Notes under the pieces: model-generated | What the model was told of the DNA's origin: nothing | The model's database searches: none | What the model saw: the letters and a program-made list of their open reading frames with translations, nothing else | Source: Nitrosopumilus sp. | GTDB taxonomy: Archaea > Thermoproteota > Nitrososphaeria > Nitrososphaerales > Nitrosopumilaceae | DNA: 64,000 nt | NCBI GenBank assembly: GCA_963662625.1 | Contig: OY759726.1 | Coordinates: 96,001 to 160,000, forward strand | Reading direction: 5' to 3' | Made by a program: the position numbers and the translations under genes | Part shown: positions 40,988 through 49,962 of the stretch, piece by piece | Layout of the letters: each line of letters opens with the position of its first letter | Position numbering within the stretch: position 1 is the first letter of the stretch

Positions 40988-41373
40988 GCGGCCGCCCCCT
41001 GGGTGACCTCGGCGTACGTGCTTATGCAGTCCTCGCACCTGTGCGGTTCCTCAAAGTCCAGGTCGTGCCCGGCAAGGAACTGCGCCCAGCCCCCGACGTC
41101 CCTCTGGGCGAGGTATATCGCCGCGAACTTCTCGAACGTGCGCCCAATCCCGGCGTACCTGCCGTTGAGCGCCATCGCGATCCAGTCGTAGATCTTGTAC
41201 TTGGCAACGCACAGGTCGAACCTGGCGAGGCCAATCTCCCCCGCGCTGGCGCCAAAGTAGTCCATGGTGGCCAGCACCGTGTCGTAGTACGCCGGATCCA
41301 GCCTGTTGGCCGTCCCGGTCTCGATCTTTCTGCCCTCCCTGATTAGGGAGCGTATGGTCTCATCTCTGTCCAT
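40984..41373 (-). CDS. hypothetical protein
   Basis: GGAGGTG SD upstream; 129 aa. Confidence 0.6.
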   Translation of the reverse strand: MDRDETIRSLIREGRKIETGTANRLDPAYYDTVLATMDYFGASAGEIGLARFDLCVAKYKIYDWIAMALNGRYAGIGRTFEKFAAIYLAQRDVGGWAQFLAGHDLDFEEPHRCEDCISTYAEVTQGAAA

Positions 41374-41389
41374 TTCAACACCTCCTGTG

Positions 41390-42265
41390 TCAGTTGTACG
41401 GGCACATCGTGCCCGTCCAGTATTCCCCGAACTCGCATTCGAGGCTCATGCCGCCCGGCATCTGTCCTGCGGCGTCGTCCCACCTGCTGGACACAACCCT
41501 GCCGAGCACGTCTTTCAGTCCCCCACCACACGCCGTCTCGAACTTGCCGAGGTCGACGGTGCAGAGGAGCAGCAGCAGCCTTGCGCCGCCGTCCGAGGAG
41601 TCCCAGATGTCACGGATCTCCCCAAGCGTCCTGTTCCTCAGGAAGGCGCGTATCCCGGATACTGTCTCCAAGATATCCGCGCCACCCGTCCCGGCGGCGC
41701 CCGTCACGGCCCCGAGGCTTCCGCCCTGGCTGCGCACGCGGGGGCGCAGCGCGAGCAGAGGAGGAACGTCTCCCCAGTCTCCTCGCCATCCCGGCCGATG
41801 GCCGCGATCACGGCCCAGAACTTGCCCATGCCACCGCCGCAGTTGCGGCACGACTGCCCCTCCACCTAGGATCCGCCCCCGTTTTGCGGGATGCAGAACC
41901 GGTGGCCGGGCACGTCGCCCTCCTCCAGGTAAACCTGGCAGTGGCGGCAGTAGAACACTACAGAGTCGTTGCCTAGGTCTATCGCCGGGACCAGGTGGTG
42001 CAGGAGGAGGAAGGACGACCCGCGGTCACCCATGCCTTCCACCACCCGCGGAGAACTCCAGCGGCAGCGGCACCCTAAGCAGCCGGCCGCCGGCCGCCGC
42101 GAGCACCATGGCGCGCTGGCCGCACCTCCGGCATTTCTGCCTGTACTGCGGGCCGCGCGCGTGCGCCCTCTCGTAGGTCCCGTCGACCGTCACCCAGTCG
42201 CAGCGCCCGTCCAGGCCGTCGCCGCAGTCCGGGACGGAGTGGTGGTCTGCAGTCCCCGGCATCAT
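41390..42265 (-). CDS. cluster of four short coupled ORFs: three Cys-rich, one related to the copy-5 repeat domain
   Basis: RTLGEIRDIWDSS resembles KTLAEIREAWNSS of 44970-45953; CRNC..CSRC, CRHC..HRFC and CRRC motifs read manually. Confidence 0.45.
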
Positions 42266-42948
42266 TCCCCGCCCTCCTGGGAGTTGAGCGATCTCTCCTT
42301 GCCCTCGACCGACTTCACGTGCCCCTGGATCTCCTTCGTGAGCTGCTGGAAGAAGACGTGGTCGGAGCTCTTCGGGTGGAGGAGGAAGAAGATCTTGGCT
42401 ATGATCACCATGGTCTGCGACGACACCTTGACGTCGCCGTGCACCGGTATGTTGATCACGGAGTTCATGCTCCCGCTGGAGACGATGCACACGAACTTCC
42501 ACTCGTTGTCGACACGGTAGTGCGCGGCCCCGTGCGAGTCCACCATGAACACCCCGTCCACGACGTAGTTGCCAGGTTCCGCCTCCATGTCGACCCTGTG
42601 CGGGTAGGCGCTGAAGACCGACTTTATCAGGTCCTCGTGAACCCTGATGGAGTACCACTCTCGGAATATCTCGGTGAACGCCTCGACGTCCTCGCCGAGT
42701 ATCGCCTTGCATATCCCCTCCGCGTCAGAGATCTGCATCGTCTTCCCGTCGTGGAAGGCGTTGAAGATCCCGTCGTCGTACGTCTCCCCGACGTGGGTCC
42801 CGTCGGCGAAGGTGTGGAATATCCGCTCCCCCTGGAGGCGAAGGTATTTCATCTCGTGGTACGGCGTCTTCGGCATCGTTGACACCCCCATCTCGGTCTG
42901 TATTATGTACAGGTCCTTCCTGTCCTCCAGTACCTTCACGGGTGGCAT
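42262..42948 (-). CDS. hypothetical protein
   Basis: 228-aa ORF with globular-protein composition. Confidence 0.65.
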   Translation of the reverse strand: MPPVKVLEDRKDLYIIQTEMGVSTMPKTPYHEMKYLRLQGERIFHTFADGTHVGETYDDGIFNAFHDGKTMQISDAEGICKAILGEDVEAFTEIFREWYSIRVHEDLIKSVFSAYPHRVDMEAEPGNYVVDGVFMVDSHGAAHYRVDNEWKFVCIVSSGSMNSVINIPVHGDVKVSSQTMVIIAKIFFLLHPKSSDHVFFQQLTKEIQGHVKSVEGKERSLNSQEGGE

Positions 42949-42950
42949 GC

Positions 42951-43433
42951 CTATGCAGACCCCCCGACGTTCCCGGATAGAAATGCTTCCACGGCAATGG
43001 CGTGGGAGCAGTGCTTCCTGAACCGGAAGCCGAGGCAGTCACACCTGCCGCTGCAGACGACGTGGACCCTTTCGGTGATCACCGCGTACGCGCCGTTGCC
43101 TATCTCCCTGACGGCGCCAGAGGCGAACAGGGCCTCCCCCTTCCGCCTGCACCTGGCGCTGGGTTCCACGGCCCGGGCCTCCTGCACGGATCCCCCCGCC
43201 ACCGCGGGGATCCCGCACACCTGCCCGGACCCGTCCAGGACTATCTCCGCCGTGGCCGGCACCCTGGCATTCAGGGTCACCGCGTACGACCTGGCGCCGT
43301 GCCGCACGATGACGGCCGCGACGTTGCCGGGCCTGAAGCCCTCCGGGAGGAGGCTCGCCGCCTCCACCGTCTTACCTGCCATGGGGATCTCGCCCCACTC
43401 TAGTTCTCCCCTGTACTTTGCTACCTGTTCCAA
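42951..43433 (-). CDS. constant-N-terminus family copy 4, SWIM Zn finger
   Basis: CDCLGFRFRKHCSH (CxC-xn-CxH). Confidence 0.75.
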   Translation of the reverse strand: MEQVAKYRGELEWGEIPMAGKTVEAASLLPEGFRPGNVAAVIVRHGARSYAVTLNARVPATAEIVLDGSGQVCGIPAVAGGSVQEARAVEPSARCRRKGEALFASGAVREIGNGAYAVITERVHVVCSGRCDCLGFRFRKHCSHAIAVEAFLSGNVGGSA

Positions 43434-43549
43434 GGAACCACCTCCAGTGATCCGTTGTCCTGCCGTGATGGCAGTGGCTGCCGCGGTTCCGCGGCGGGGG
43501 CCTGGCGGCCCCCGGTCTCGTCCCCTTCCGGCCGCGCTTGGCGGCGCGA

Positions 43550-44131
43550 TCATCTGGATTTGGGGGCGGAGATTGACACCTCCACCTCCCTGATCCCCGA
43601 GTCAAGGACGAACGCCCTGACGTCCTTGTCCAGCCCGGAATATATCGCCCAGACCTGCCCTGCCGGGTTGCTGCCCATGTATCCGACGTCCGTCTCCGAC
43701 GGGTACGCCACCCCGCTAGGGTGGGAGTGGAATATCCCGACCACCTCGACCCCTAGGCCAGCCGCCCTGGCGTGCGCCCCGACCAGCTCCCCGTCCGGGA
43801 TGCTGAATGTGACCGGAGACCTCGCCGCGTTTCCGGTGATCACGACCTCCGTGACCTCCACGGCGCTCCCTGGCCTGCCTAGCAGGACGGCGCATGACTC
43901 GTCAGGCATGCACGCCTCGGCGTGCCTCATGATCTTGCGAAGCCCCTCCCCGCTGAGGGTTATCCTGGACGGCCAGGAACGCGACTCCTCCGAGTCGCAC
44001 CTGCCGCAGTCGCACCCCATGCATTTGGCATGGTCGCCCCCGCTGCAGTTGGTGCAGTGAAATCGCGGGCCGTCCCACTCCCCGGCGCCGGAGCGCCGGA
44101 AGGGGGGGACCCTGCCCTGGTAGGCGCTCAT
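43550..44131 (-). CDS. JAB/MPN+ (M67) metallo-isopeptidase with N-terminal Cys-rich domain
   Basis: PDESCAVLLG...FHSHPSGVAYPSETD. Confidence 0.85.
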   Translation of the reverse strand: MSAYQGRVPPFRRSGAGEWDGPRFHCTNCSGGDHAKCMGCDCGRCDSEESRSWPSRITLSGEGLRKIMRHAEACMPDESCAVLLGRPGSAVEVTEVVITGNAARSPVTFSIPDGELVGAHARAAGLGVEVVGIFHSHPSGVAYPSETDVGYMGSNPAGQVWAIYSGLDKDVRAFVLDSGIREVEVSISAPKSR

Positions 44132-44967
44132 GCCGCCGGCGTGGGGGCCACCAGGCGGCCGTCGCCAGTCCCAGCTCCCGGCTTGCCGGCGCCGGCCGAG
44201 AGTATCATGTCGAGCACCTTCTCGACCTTGCTCATCACCCTGACGCAGGACCGGCCGACCTCCTCCGGGGTCGCCTCCTTGGAGTAGTGGGCGATGTAAT
44301 TGTAGGAGTTGGCGTCCGCCGCGTGGCCGTACATCCTGGCAAGCACCGCAGCCGCGAGTTCGGCCACGGTCTCCTGCTCCGGATCCTGCCCGGGCTTCAG
44401 GTCCTCGATCCTCGAGTGCGCCAGGTGCGCCAGCTCGTGGAAGAAGACCTTCGGGTCGGAGGTGCACAGGCGTATGAGGCCACGCCCCTTCGAGAAGCTT
44501 CCCTCTTCCCCCCTGACCGTCTCGTCGTACTTGACGTCGGCGCCCCACTTTCTGGCCACCTCGAGGAGGGGCGGGGGCTCGACGTTCGAGTCTGCAATTT
44601 CAAGGTCGTCTCCCTCCGTGTCCTCGAAACGGAACACGGGGACGCAGCGGAATCCGGTGACGAACTCCCTATCCTCCTCCCCGTCCGGGCCTTGGATCGT
44701 GCGCTTCGCCACGCAGGGGGCCAGTATGTACGCGGCCTTGCTGCCCTTCCTGACCTGCCTGCCGACCTTCTGCCACTGCCTGTAGCCCCTGGCGTCGCCG
44801 GTGCCGGCGATGAACATGAAGAGCCTGTTGCTCATGCTCCAGGAGTCGGACGGCCTCCCGACCTTGAGCTTCAGGTACGTGGCCTTGACCATGTCCGGAA
44901 ACTCCTCGGAGGAGAACGCGTCGACTATCTTCTGGAGCTGCTCTATGGCCTTCTGGGTGCTGGGCAT
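44128..44967 (-). CDS. ArdC-like ssDNA-binding/antirestriction protein with HExxH domain
   Basis: WSMSN...GYRQWQKVGRQVRKGSKA.YILAP; FHELAH; E.VAEL. Confidence 0.8.
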   Translation of the reverse strand: MPSTQKAIEQLQKIVDAFSSEEFPDMVKATYLKLKVGRPSDSWSMSNRLFMFIAGTGDARGYRQWQKVGRQVRKGSKAAYILAPCVAKRTIQGPDGEEDREFVTGFRCVPVFRFEDTEGDDLEIADSNVEPPPLLEVARKWGADVKYDETVRGEEGSFSKGRGLIRLCTSDPKVFFHELAHLAHSRIEDLKPGQDPEQETVAELAAAVLARMYGHAADANSYNYIAHYSKEATPEEVGRSCVRVMSKVEKVLDMILSAGAGKPGAGTGDGRLVAPTPAA

Positions 44968-44969
44968 GC

Positions 44970-45953
44970 CTATTTCCCCCTGCAGTACGGGGCGAAGACG
45001 TCGCTGGTCTTGACGTGCTCGTACTGGTCCCAGTCAGAGTCCAGGAGGTCCCTCTCCATCTCGTCCTGGGTGTACCCCCCTTCCGCCGAAAAGTCATGGT
45101 CCTCCAGTTCGTCCCTCAGGCTGTTGCAGAACTCGACCATGTTTGTCCTGTCGTGCGCCGTGGAGGAGTTCCACGCCTCCCTGATCTCGGCCAGGGTCTT
45201 CCCTGAGTACTGGAGCCTCGCCGCCCTGTCGTTCAGCTCAATCCTCCTGGCTTTCAGGTCATGCAGCGCGGAGCCGATCTCCCTGATTTCACTGACCAGT
45301 TTCTCGACGGTCTTCCCAGACCCGTCTCTCACCGGCCCGCCCCTGCAGTACGGGGCGAAGACGTCGCTGGTCTTGACGTGCTCGTACTGGTCCCACTTTG
45401 AATTCAGGAACTGGTGAAGCATTTCTGGCTGGCTCCAGCCCCCCTCCATGGAATAGTCGTTGTCCTGCAGTTCGTCCTCGAGGCTGCCGCAGAATTCAGT
45501 CATGGCGTACCTTTCGCCATCGTCGCCGGCGTCCCACATCTCCCGGATCTCTTCCAGGGAGTGGACGGAGTACTTTATGGCCGCGGCCTGGTCGTTCAGC
45601 GCCCTCCTCCTGGTCCTGAGTCCCAAGATCTCGATGTCGACGTCCTCGCGCCTGCCTGCGATCTTCTCGACTTCTGGCGAGTTGGCAATCAAGCCCCCAG
45701 CCCCCGGCGCGCCCCCCGCCACCGCGGGGATCCCGCACACCTGCCCGGACCCGTCCAGGACTATCTCCGCCGTGGCCGGCACCCGCGCCCGAAGGCACAC
45801 GGCGTACGACCTGGCGCCGTGCCGCACGATGACGGCCGCGACGTTGCCGGGCCTGAAGCCCTCCGGGAGGAGGCTCGCCGCCTCCACCGTCTTACCTGCC
45901 ATGGGGATCTCCCCCCACTCTAGTTCTCCCCTGTACTTTGCTACCTGTTCCAA
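44970..45953 (-). CDS. constant-N-terminus family copy 5, duplicated helical domain
   Basis: Two repeats ending WDQYEHVKTSDVFAPYCRG. Confidence 0.75.
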   Translation of the reverse strand: MEQVAKYRGELEWGEIPMAGKTVEAASLLPEGFRPGNVAAVIVRHGARSYAVCLRARVPATAEIVLDGSGQVCGIPAVAGGAPGAGGLIANSPEVEKIAGRREDVDIEILGLRTRRRALNDQAAAIKYSVHSLEEIREMWDAGDDGERYAMTEFCGSLEDELQDNDYSMEGGWSQPEMLHQFLNSKWDQYEHVKTSDVFAPYCRGGPVRDGSGKTVEKLVSEIREIGSALHDLKARRIELNDRAARLQYSGKTLAEIREAWNSSTAHDRTNMVEFCNSLRDELEDHDFSAEGGYTQDEMERDLLDSDWDQYEHVKTSDVFAPYCRGK

Positions 45954-46344
45954 GATACCACCTCCGTGATATGTCGTGCCGCTCTCGCGGTCGGCGGGGG
46001 CCATGCCCCCGCGGGGCGGGCATCGTCTTCCCGGTGCCTCGGTAGTCGTTCATCCCGATCGGGATGGGTTGTCGTATTCCCCGACCCGCGCCCGGCACAC
46101 GCCGGGTTCGGGTTTCGGCGAGGCCCGCGCGGGACCAAGCCAACCCGGCCAGTGAGGCCGAGCATCCGGCGGCTGTCTGTTCCGCCAGCCGGAATCCTCA
46201 GGGGGTTTGCCCGCATCCAAGGCGGGTCACGGCTCTGAGAGTGGCCGTGATTCGCCCCGCCGCGCCGCAGGCGCCCGGGACACGTCATTTCCGGGCAGTT
46301 CCCCGGAAGTGGCGCTGGGCGCCGGCGGCGCCGGCCTGGGTTCC
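45715..46344. repeat. ~630-bp repeat (structured leader + constant module), also at ~47363-47992
   Basis: Offset 1648; near-identical. Confidence 0.92.
46079..46205 (-). ncRNA. hammerhead-like ribozyme with expanded core (GUC site)
   Basis: CCCC-CUGAGGA-[2 hairpins]-GGC..GCC-GAA-ACCCG...CGGGU-C-GGGG. Confidence 0.6.
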
Positions 46345-46497
46345 CACAGCCCCCGCCGGACGGCAGGCACCTGGCGTGGGAGGGGTGATCAGGCCCGGCG
46401 GGCCCCGGGGTTCCCCCCGGCCAGTCCCTGGCCAGTCCGTAGTCCCCTAGGGAGATCGTGCCGCCGGGTGGGGGGGGCGTCTACCCTCCCGCCGCCG

Positions 46498-46665
46498 TCA
46501 CCCTCCCCCCTCGGAGGCGTCCACGCCCAACTTCTCGGCCATCTTGGCCTTGAAGGCGGAGGCGAACTTGTCCTTGGATTCATGGTCGGGGAACCCGCCG
46601 ACAACGGACACGCTGACGCGGTCGCTGATCCTGATCTCGCCCGAACCATTCCCGTCGGAGGGCAT
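46498..46665 (-). CDS. small hypothetical protein
   Basis: MPSDGNGSGEIRIS..., 55 aa, starts 2 nt after the upstream stop. Confidence 0.45.
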   Translation of the reverse strand: MPSDGNGSGEIRISDRVSVSVVGGFPDHESKDKFASAFKAKMAEKLGVDASEGGG

Positions 46666-46667
46666 GG

Positions 46668-47258
46668 CTAGTCCCCCCTGAACAGGGTAAAGTCGGAGCC
46701 GTACCCCAGGAAGTGGTCGCACAGCCACATGCCGTCCTTCCAGTCCTTGGCCTCGCCGTCGCTGCTCACCAGCATCCCGTCCCCGAGGTGGTGCTTGGCC
46801 ACGATCAGGCACGCGTTGACAGCCAGGTCGTACGGCTTGTACGCGGTCTTGCAGCAGTTAAAGTGGAACTGCCTGCCGTCCCTTTCGGTAACGTGCCCGG
46901 AGCTCTTCCTCTGGAGGAGGAATGTCTCGTGCGAGCAGTCGCCGTCGCACATCCTGGTGTCTATCTCGTCCCCGGCGAACCACTGGCTCGACGGCCCGTC
47001 GCCGCCGACCATGACGCCCGACGCGTTCTCGGACGGCCAGGTCAGCCTGAGGGACTGCTCCTTGTGCCCGCACGCCGCCGGGCCGTTGAAGCGGATCTCG
47101 TTGGCGGTGAACTGCGGGAATTTCCCCCCGACGCCGTTTGCCAGCTTGACCCCCAGGTGTTCCAGCGGCTTGACCAGCCGCTTGAAGTCGGAGGCCACCT
47201 TCCTGAACTCTGCGGGCGGGAAGGATGGCTCGGTGTACCAGTAGTGGCTGTAGCCCAT
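46668..47258 (-). CDS. conserved phage/plasmid-type hypothetical protein
   Basis: MGYSHYW...IRFNG...HETF...CKTAYKPYDLAV...VSSDG. Confidence 0.7.
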   Translation of the reverse strand: MGYSHYWYTEPSFPPAEFRKVASDFKRLVKPLEHLGVKLANGVGGKFPQFTANEIRFNGPAACGHKEQSLRLTWPSENASGVMVGGDGPSSQWFAGDEIDTRMCDGDCSHETFLLQRKSSGHVTERDGRQFHFNCCKTAYKPYDLAVNACLIVAKHHLGDGMLVSSDGEAKDWKDGMWLCDHFLGYGSDFTLFRGD

Positions 47259-47259
47259 C

Positions 47260-47601
47260 CTAGTACGCCCCCTTGAGCGCGCGCACTCCCCCGTACGTGG
47301 GGGAGGGGGTCCCGCCGGAACCCCCTTCGGCCGCGGGAATCCCGCGGGCAGCGCATGAGCCCCCCGCCACCGCGGGGATCCCGCACACCTGCCCGGACCC
47401 GTCCAGGACTATCTCCGCCGTGGCCGGCACCCTGGCATTCAGGGTCACCGCGTACGACCTGGCGCCGTGCCGCACGATGACGGCCGCGACGTTGCCGGGC
47501 CTGAAGCCCTCCGGGAGGAGGCTCGCCGCCTCCACCGTCTTACCTGCCATGGGGATCTCCCCCCACTCTAGTTCTCCCCTGTACTTTGCTACCTGTTCCA
47601 A
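47260..47601 (-). CDS. constant-N-terminus family copy 6, short tail
   Basis: Constant module, SCAARGIP, then 24 aa. Confidence 0.6.
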   Translation of the reverse strand: MEQVAKYRGELEWGEIPMAGKTVEAASLLPEGFRPGNVAAVIVRHGARSYAVTLNARVPATAEIVLDGSGQVCGIPAVAGGSCAARGIPAAEGGSGGTPSPTYGGVRALKGAY

Positions 47602-47726
47602 GATACCACCTCCGTGATATGTCGTGCCGCTCTCGCGGTCGGCGGGGGCCATGCCCCCGCGGGGCGGGCATCGTCTTCCCGGTGCCTCGGTAGTCGTTCA
47701 TCCCGATCGGGATGGGTTGTCGTATT

Positions 47727-47853
47727 CCCCGACCCGCGCCCGGCACACGCCGGGTTCGGGTTTCGGCGAGGCCCGCGCGGGACCAAGCCAACCCGGCCAG
47801 TGAGGCCGAGCATCCGGCGGCTGTCTGTTCCGCCAGCCGGAATCCTCAGGGGG
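47727..47853 (-). ncRNA. hammerhead-like ribozyme with expanded core (duplicate of 46079-46205)
   Basis: Identical sequence at offset 1648. Confidence 0.6.
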
Positions 47854-47995
47854 TTTGCCCGCATCCAAGGCGGGTCACGGCTCTGAGAGTGGCCGTGATT
47901 CGCCCCGCCGCGCCGCAGGCGCCCGGGACACGTCATTTCCGGGCAGTTCCCCGGAAGTGGCGCTGGGCGCCGGCGGCGCCGGCCTGGGTTCCGGC

Positions 47996-48907
47996 CTAGT
48001 GGCCGGCCTTGTGGATGACGTGCTGGTAGCCGGTGGCGGCGATCCTGGCCGATTCCAGGCTGTCTGCCGCCATCGAGGCTAACTTGGACACCTGCATGCC
48101 GCAGCCGTCCGCCCCCAGCATGTCATTCACGGCGCGGATCGCGCTGTGTATGGAGGACACGGCGGCCCGTCCCTCGTCGCAAAGGTCACGCGTGCCGAAC
48201 GCCGTGAGGATCTCCTCGGCGCACTTTGTGGCCGATGCCACGTGGTGCAGCGCCTCAGTCACCCCCGACCTCTCCGCGTCGTTGTGCGGAAGGGACGATT
48301 CCAGGCTGGCGCGCGCGTGTCCGAGGTCCCTTATGACCCCGAGGTTCGCCTCGTGTATCCCCGCGCCGACGGCCTTCAGCCTCTTCAGCCTGCCGCTGGC
48401 CATGGCGTGCACGTGGTCGACGCACCTCCATCCTTCGGTGACCCCGATTATGGTCTCCAGGTCTGACGCCCCGGCCAACTTGACGCCCCTCATGGTGTCC
48501 GAGAGCCCGATTTCAAGATCCTCGGGATAGGCGTCCAGTTTCTCCGGGTACTGCTTGCCGAGCATGTTGTCGTCGATGTACTTTTGCAGCGCCGCCGACT
48601 CCTTTGCCGGCAGGGCAGGCGCCGTCCGCCGCCCGGCCCCGGCCCTGTAACCGTCGGACCTTGAAAGCCTCAGCGGGTCGTTGGTAGTGGCCAGCGTTAT
48701 GGCCCCGCCCTCGACGAATCCGACCATGTCCTTGCCGCACCTGAACGAGACGATGCCGCCGGAGACCTCGATCCTGATCCATCTGCTGGTGTTGATGGCC
48801 TTCCTGACCTTCCCGCACACGTACTGCGCGCTGTATTTAGTGCCGCCTATGGTGACGGTCTGGACGTTTCCCTTTGCCTGTTTTTTGCTCATGTTGTCCT
48901 GTTCCAT
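47996..48907 (-). CDS. hypothetical protein, paralog family B
   Basis: GGAGGTGG SD; shares IGG..Y...VC...F.C N-domain with 49963-51639 and 53050-53646. Confidence 0.7.
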   Translation of the reverse strand: MEQDNMSKKQAKGNVQTVTIGGTKYSAQYVCGKVRKAINTSRWIRIEVSGGIVSFRCGKDMVGFVEGGAITLATTNDPLRLSRSDGYRAGAGRRTAPALPAKESAALQKYIDDNMLGKQYPEKLDAYPEDLEIGLSDTMRGVKLAGASDLETIIGVTEGWRCVDHVHAMASGRLKRLKAVGAGIHEANLGVIRDLGHARASLESSLPHNDAERSGVTEALHHVASATKCAEEILTAFGTRDLCDEGRAAVSSIHSAIRAVNDMLGADGCGMQVSKLASMAADSLESARIAATGYQHVIHKAGH

Positions 48908-48954
48908 GATACCACCTCCTGGTGTTGTGTTGTTCCGGTCTTGCCGGAGACGAT

Positions 48955-49157
48955 GCCATTCCGGGCATCCGTGCTGAGAAAGAAAACTCAGTGGGTTTGG
49001 GGGGATCGCTCCCCCCGCGTCGCGACACGGATGATGTCGCGTCCCCGTCCGGGGGCCGGGCCGTGGAATCGGCCCTCGGGTTCCACACCGGCCTGCCTGT
49101 CAGCCCTCTCGGGTAACGCCGGTTTGAACTCGGATGTCAGGTCACGAAAAAATGGTT
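48955..49157 (-). repeat. ~200-bp structured intergenic repeat, also at 51691-51893
   Basis: Offset 2736; many hairpins; compensatory changes at the gene-proximal end. Confidence 0.9.
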
Positions 49158-49842
49158 ATAGGTTTGGCACAAGTCTGCACGATGCCCAGTGCTCGCCGGA
49201 GAACTCGCTCACGCCGCAGAACCTGTCGTAGACCACGGCGTGGCCGCTCTCCACCAGGAGCTCGTTGAGGGACTTTGCCGGGGGCTTCCCGTCCTCGAGG
49301 CACCACACCATCCCTATCTCGCGGTCGTACGACCCCCCCGGCTGGCCGGAGTCCAGTCTGTACATCGCCTGCGAGAAAAGGGGGCATTGCGCCGAGGCAA
49401 AGTCCTTCGCCTCTCCGTATCCCGGTTCCCCCCTTTCGGGGGTGTTGACCAGGGCCAGCCTCACCTTGGTCCCGCCTATCGCCAGGGTATCGCCGTCGAT
49501 TATCTTCGTGACGATCCCCTTGTGGAGCAGGCTCCTTGGCTTGTCTGCTGGTGTCGGCTCTGCATCTGGCTGTCGCGCTTCGCCGTCCCCCCCGCTGCCG
49601 GCGGGGCTGGCGTCCTTGTGACCCTGTATCTGCGCCGTCGTGTCCGTGAGCGCGCCTCCCATCGCATCGTCGACGGCGCCTATCCCGTCGGCAAGGAGTG
49701 CCCCTCCCTGCGCGGCGGTGTCGGCTGCCTGTCCCGATATGACGAAGGGAACCACGTAGGCGTACGTGAGGGTCGACACCCCCATCACGATTGCCATCCC
49801 CAGGACCAAAAGGCCGAGTCTTTTGAGGAATTGTCTTGCCAT
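49156..49842 (-). CDS. membrane-anchored thermonuclease (SNase family)
   Basis: IIDGDT, VRLALVNTPE, YDRE and LNELLVESGHA motifs; N-terminal TM. Confidence 0.88.
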   Translation of the reverse strand: MARQFLKRLGLLVLGMAIVMGVSTLTYAYVVPFVISGQAADTAAQGGALLADGIGAVDDAMGGALTDTTAQIQGHKDASPAGSGGDGEARQPDAEPTPADKPRSLLHKGIVTKIIDGDTLAIGGTKVRLALVNTPERGEPGYGEAKDFASAQCPLFSQAMYRLDSGQPGGSYDREIGMVWCLEDGKPPAKSLNELLVESGHAVVYDRFCGVSEFSGEHWASCRLVPNL

Positions 49843-49962
49843 CTGTTTTTCACCTTTTCAGCGTACTCCACACCGGCCTGCCTGTCAGCCGCCTTCGCGG
49901 TATTGCCGGTTTGAGTCCGCACGTCAGGTCGCGAAAAAAGGTTGGTTGGATTCCTGAAGGAA

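Noticed and set aside
28536-47601. Constant/variable genes as a diversity-generating retroelement or integron
   Set aside because: No reverse transcriptase, no adenine-specific TR/VR pair, and no integrase or attC-type sites recognised
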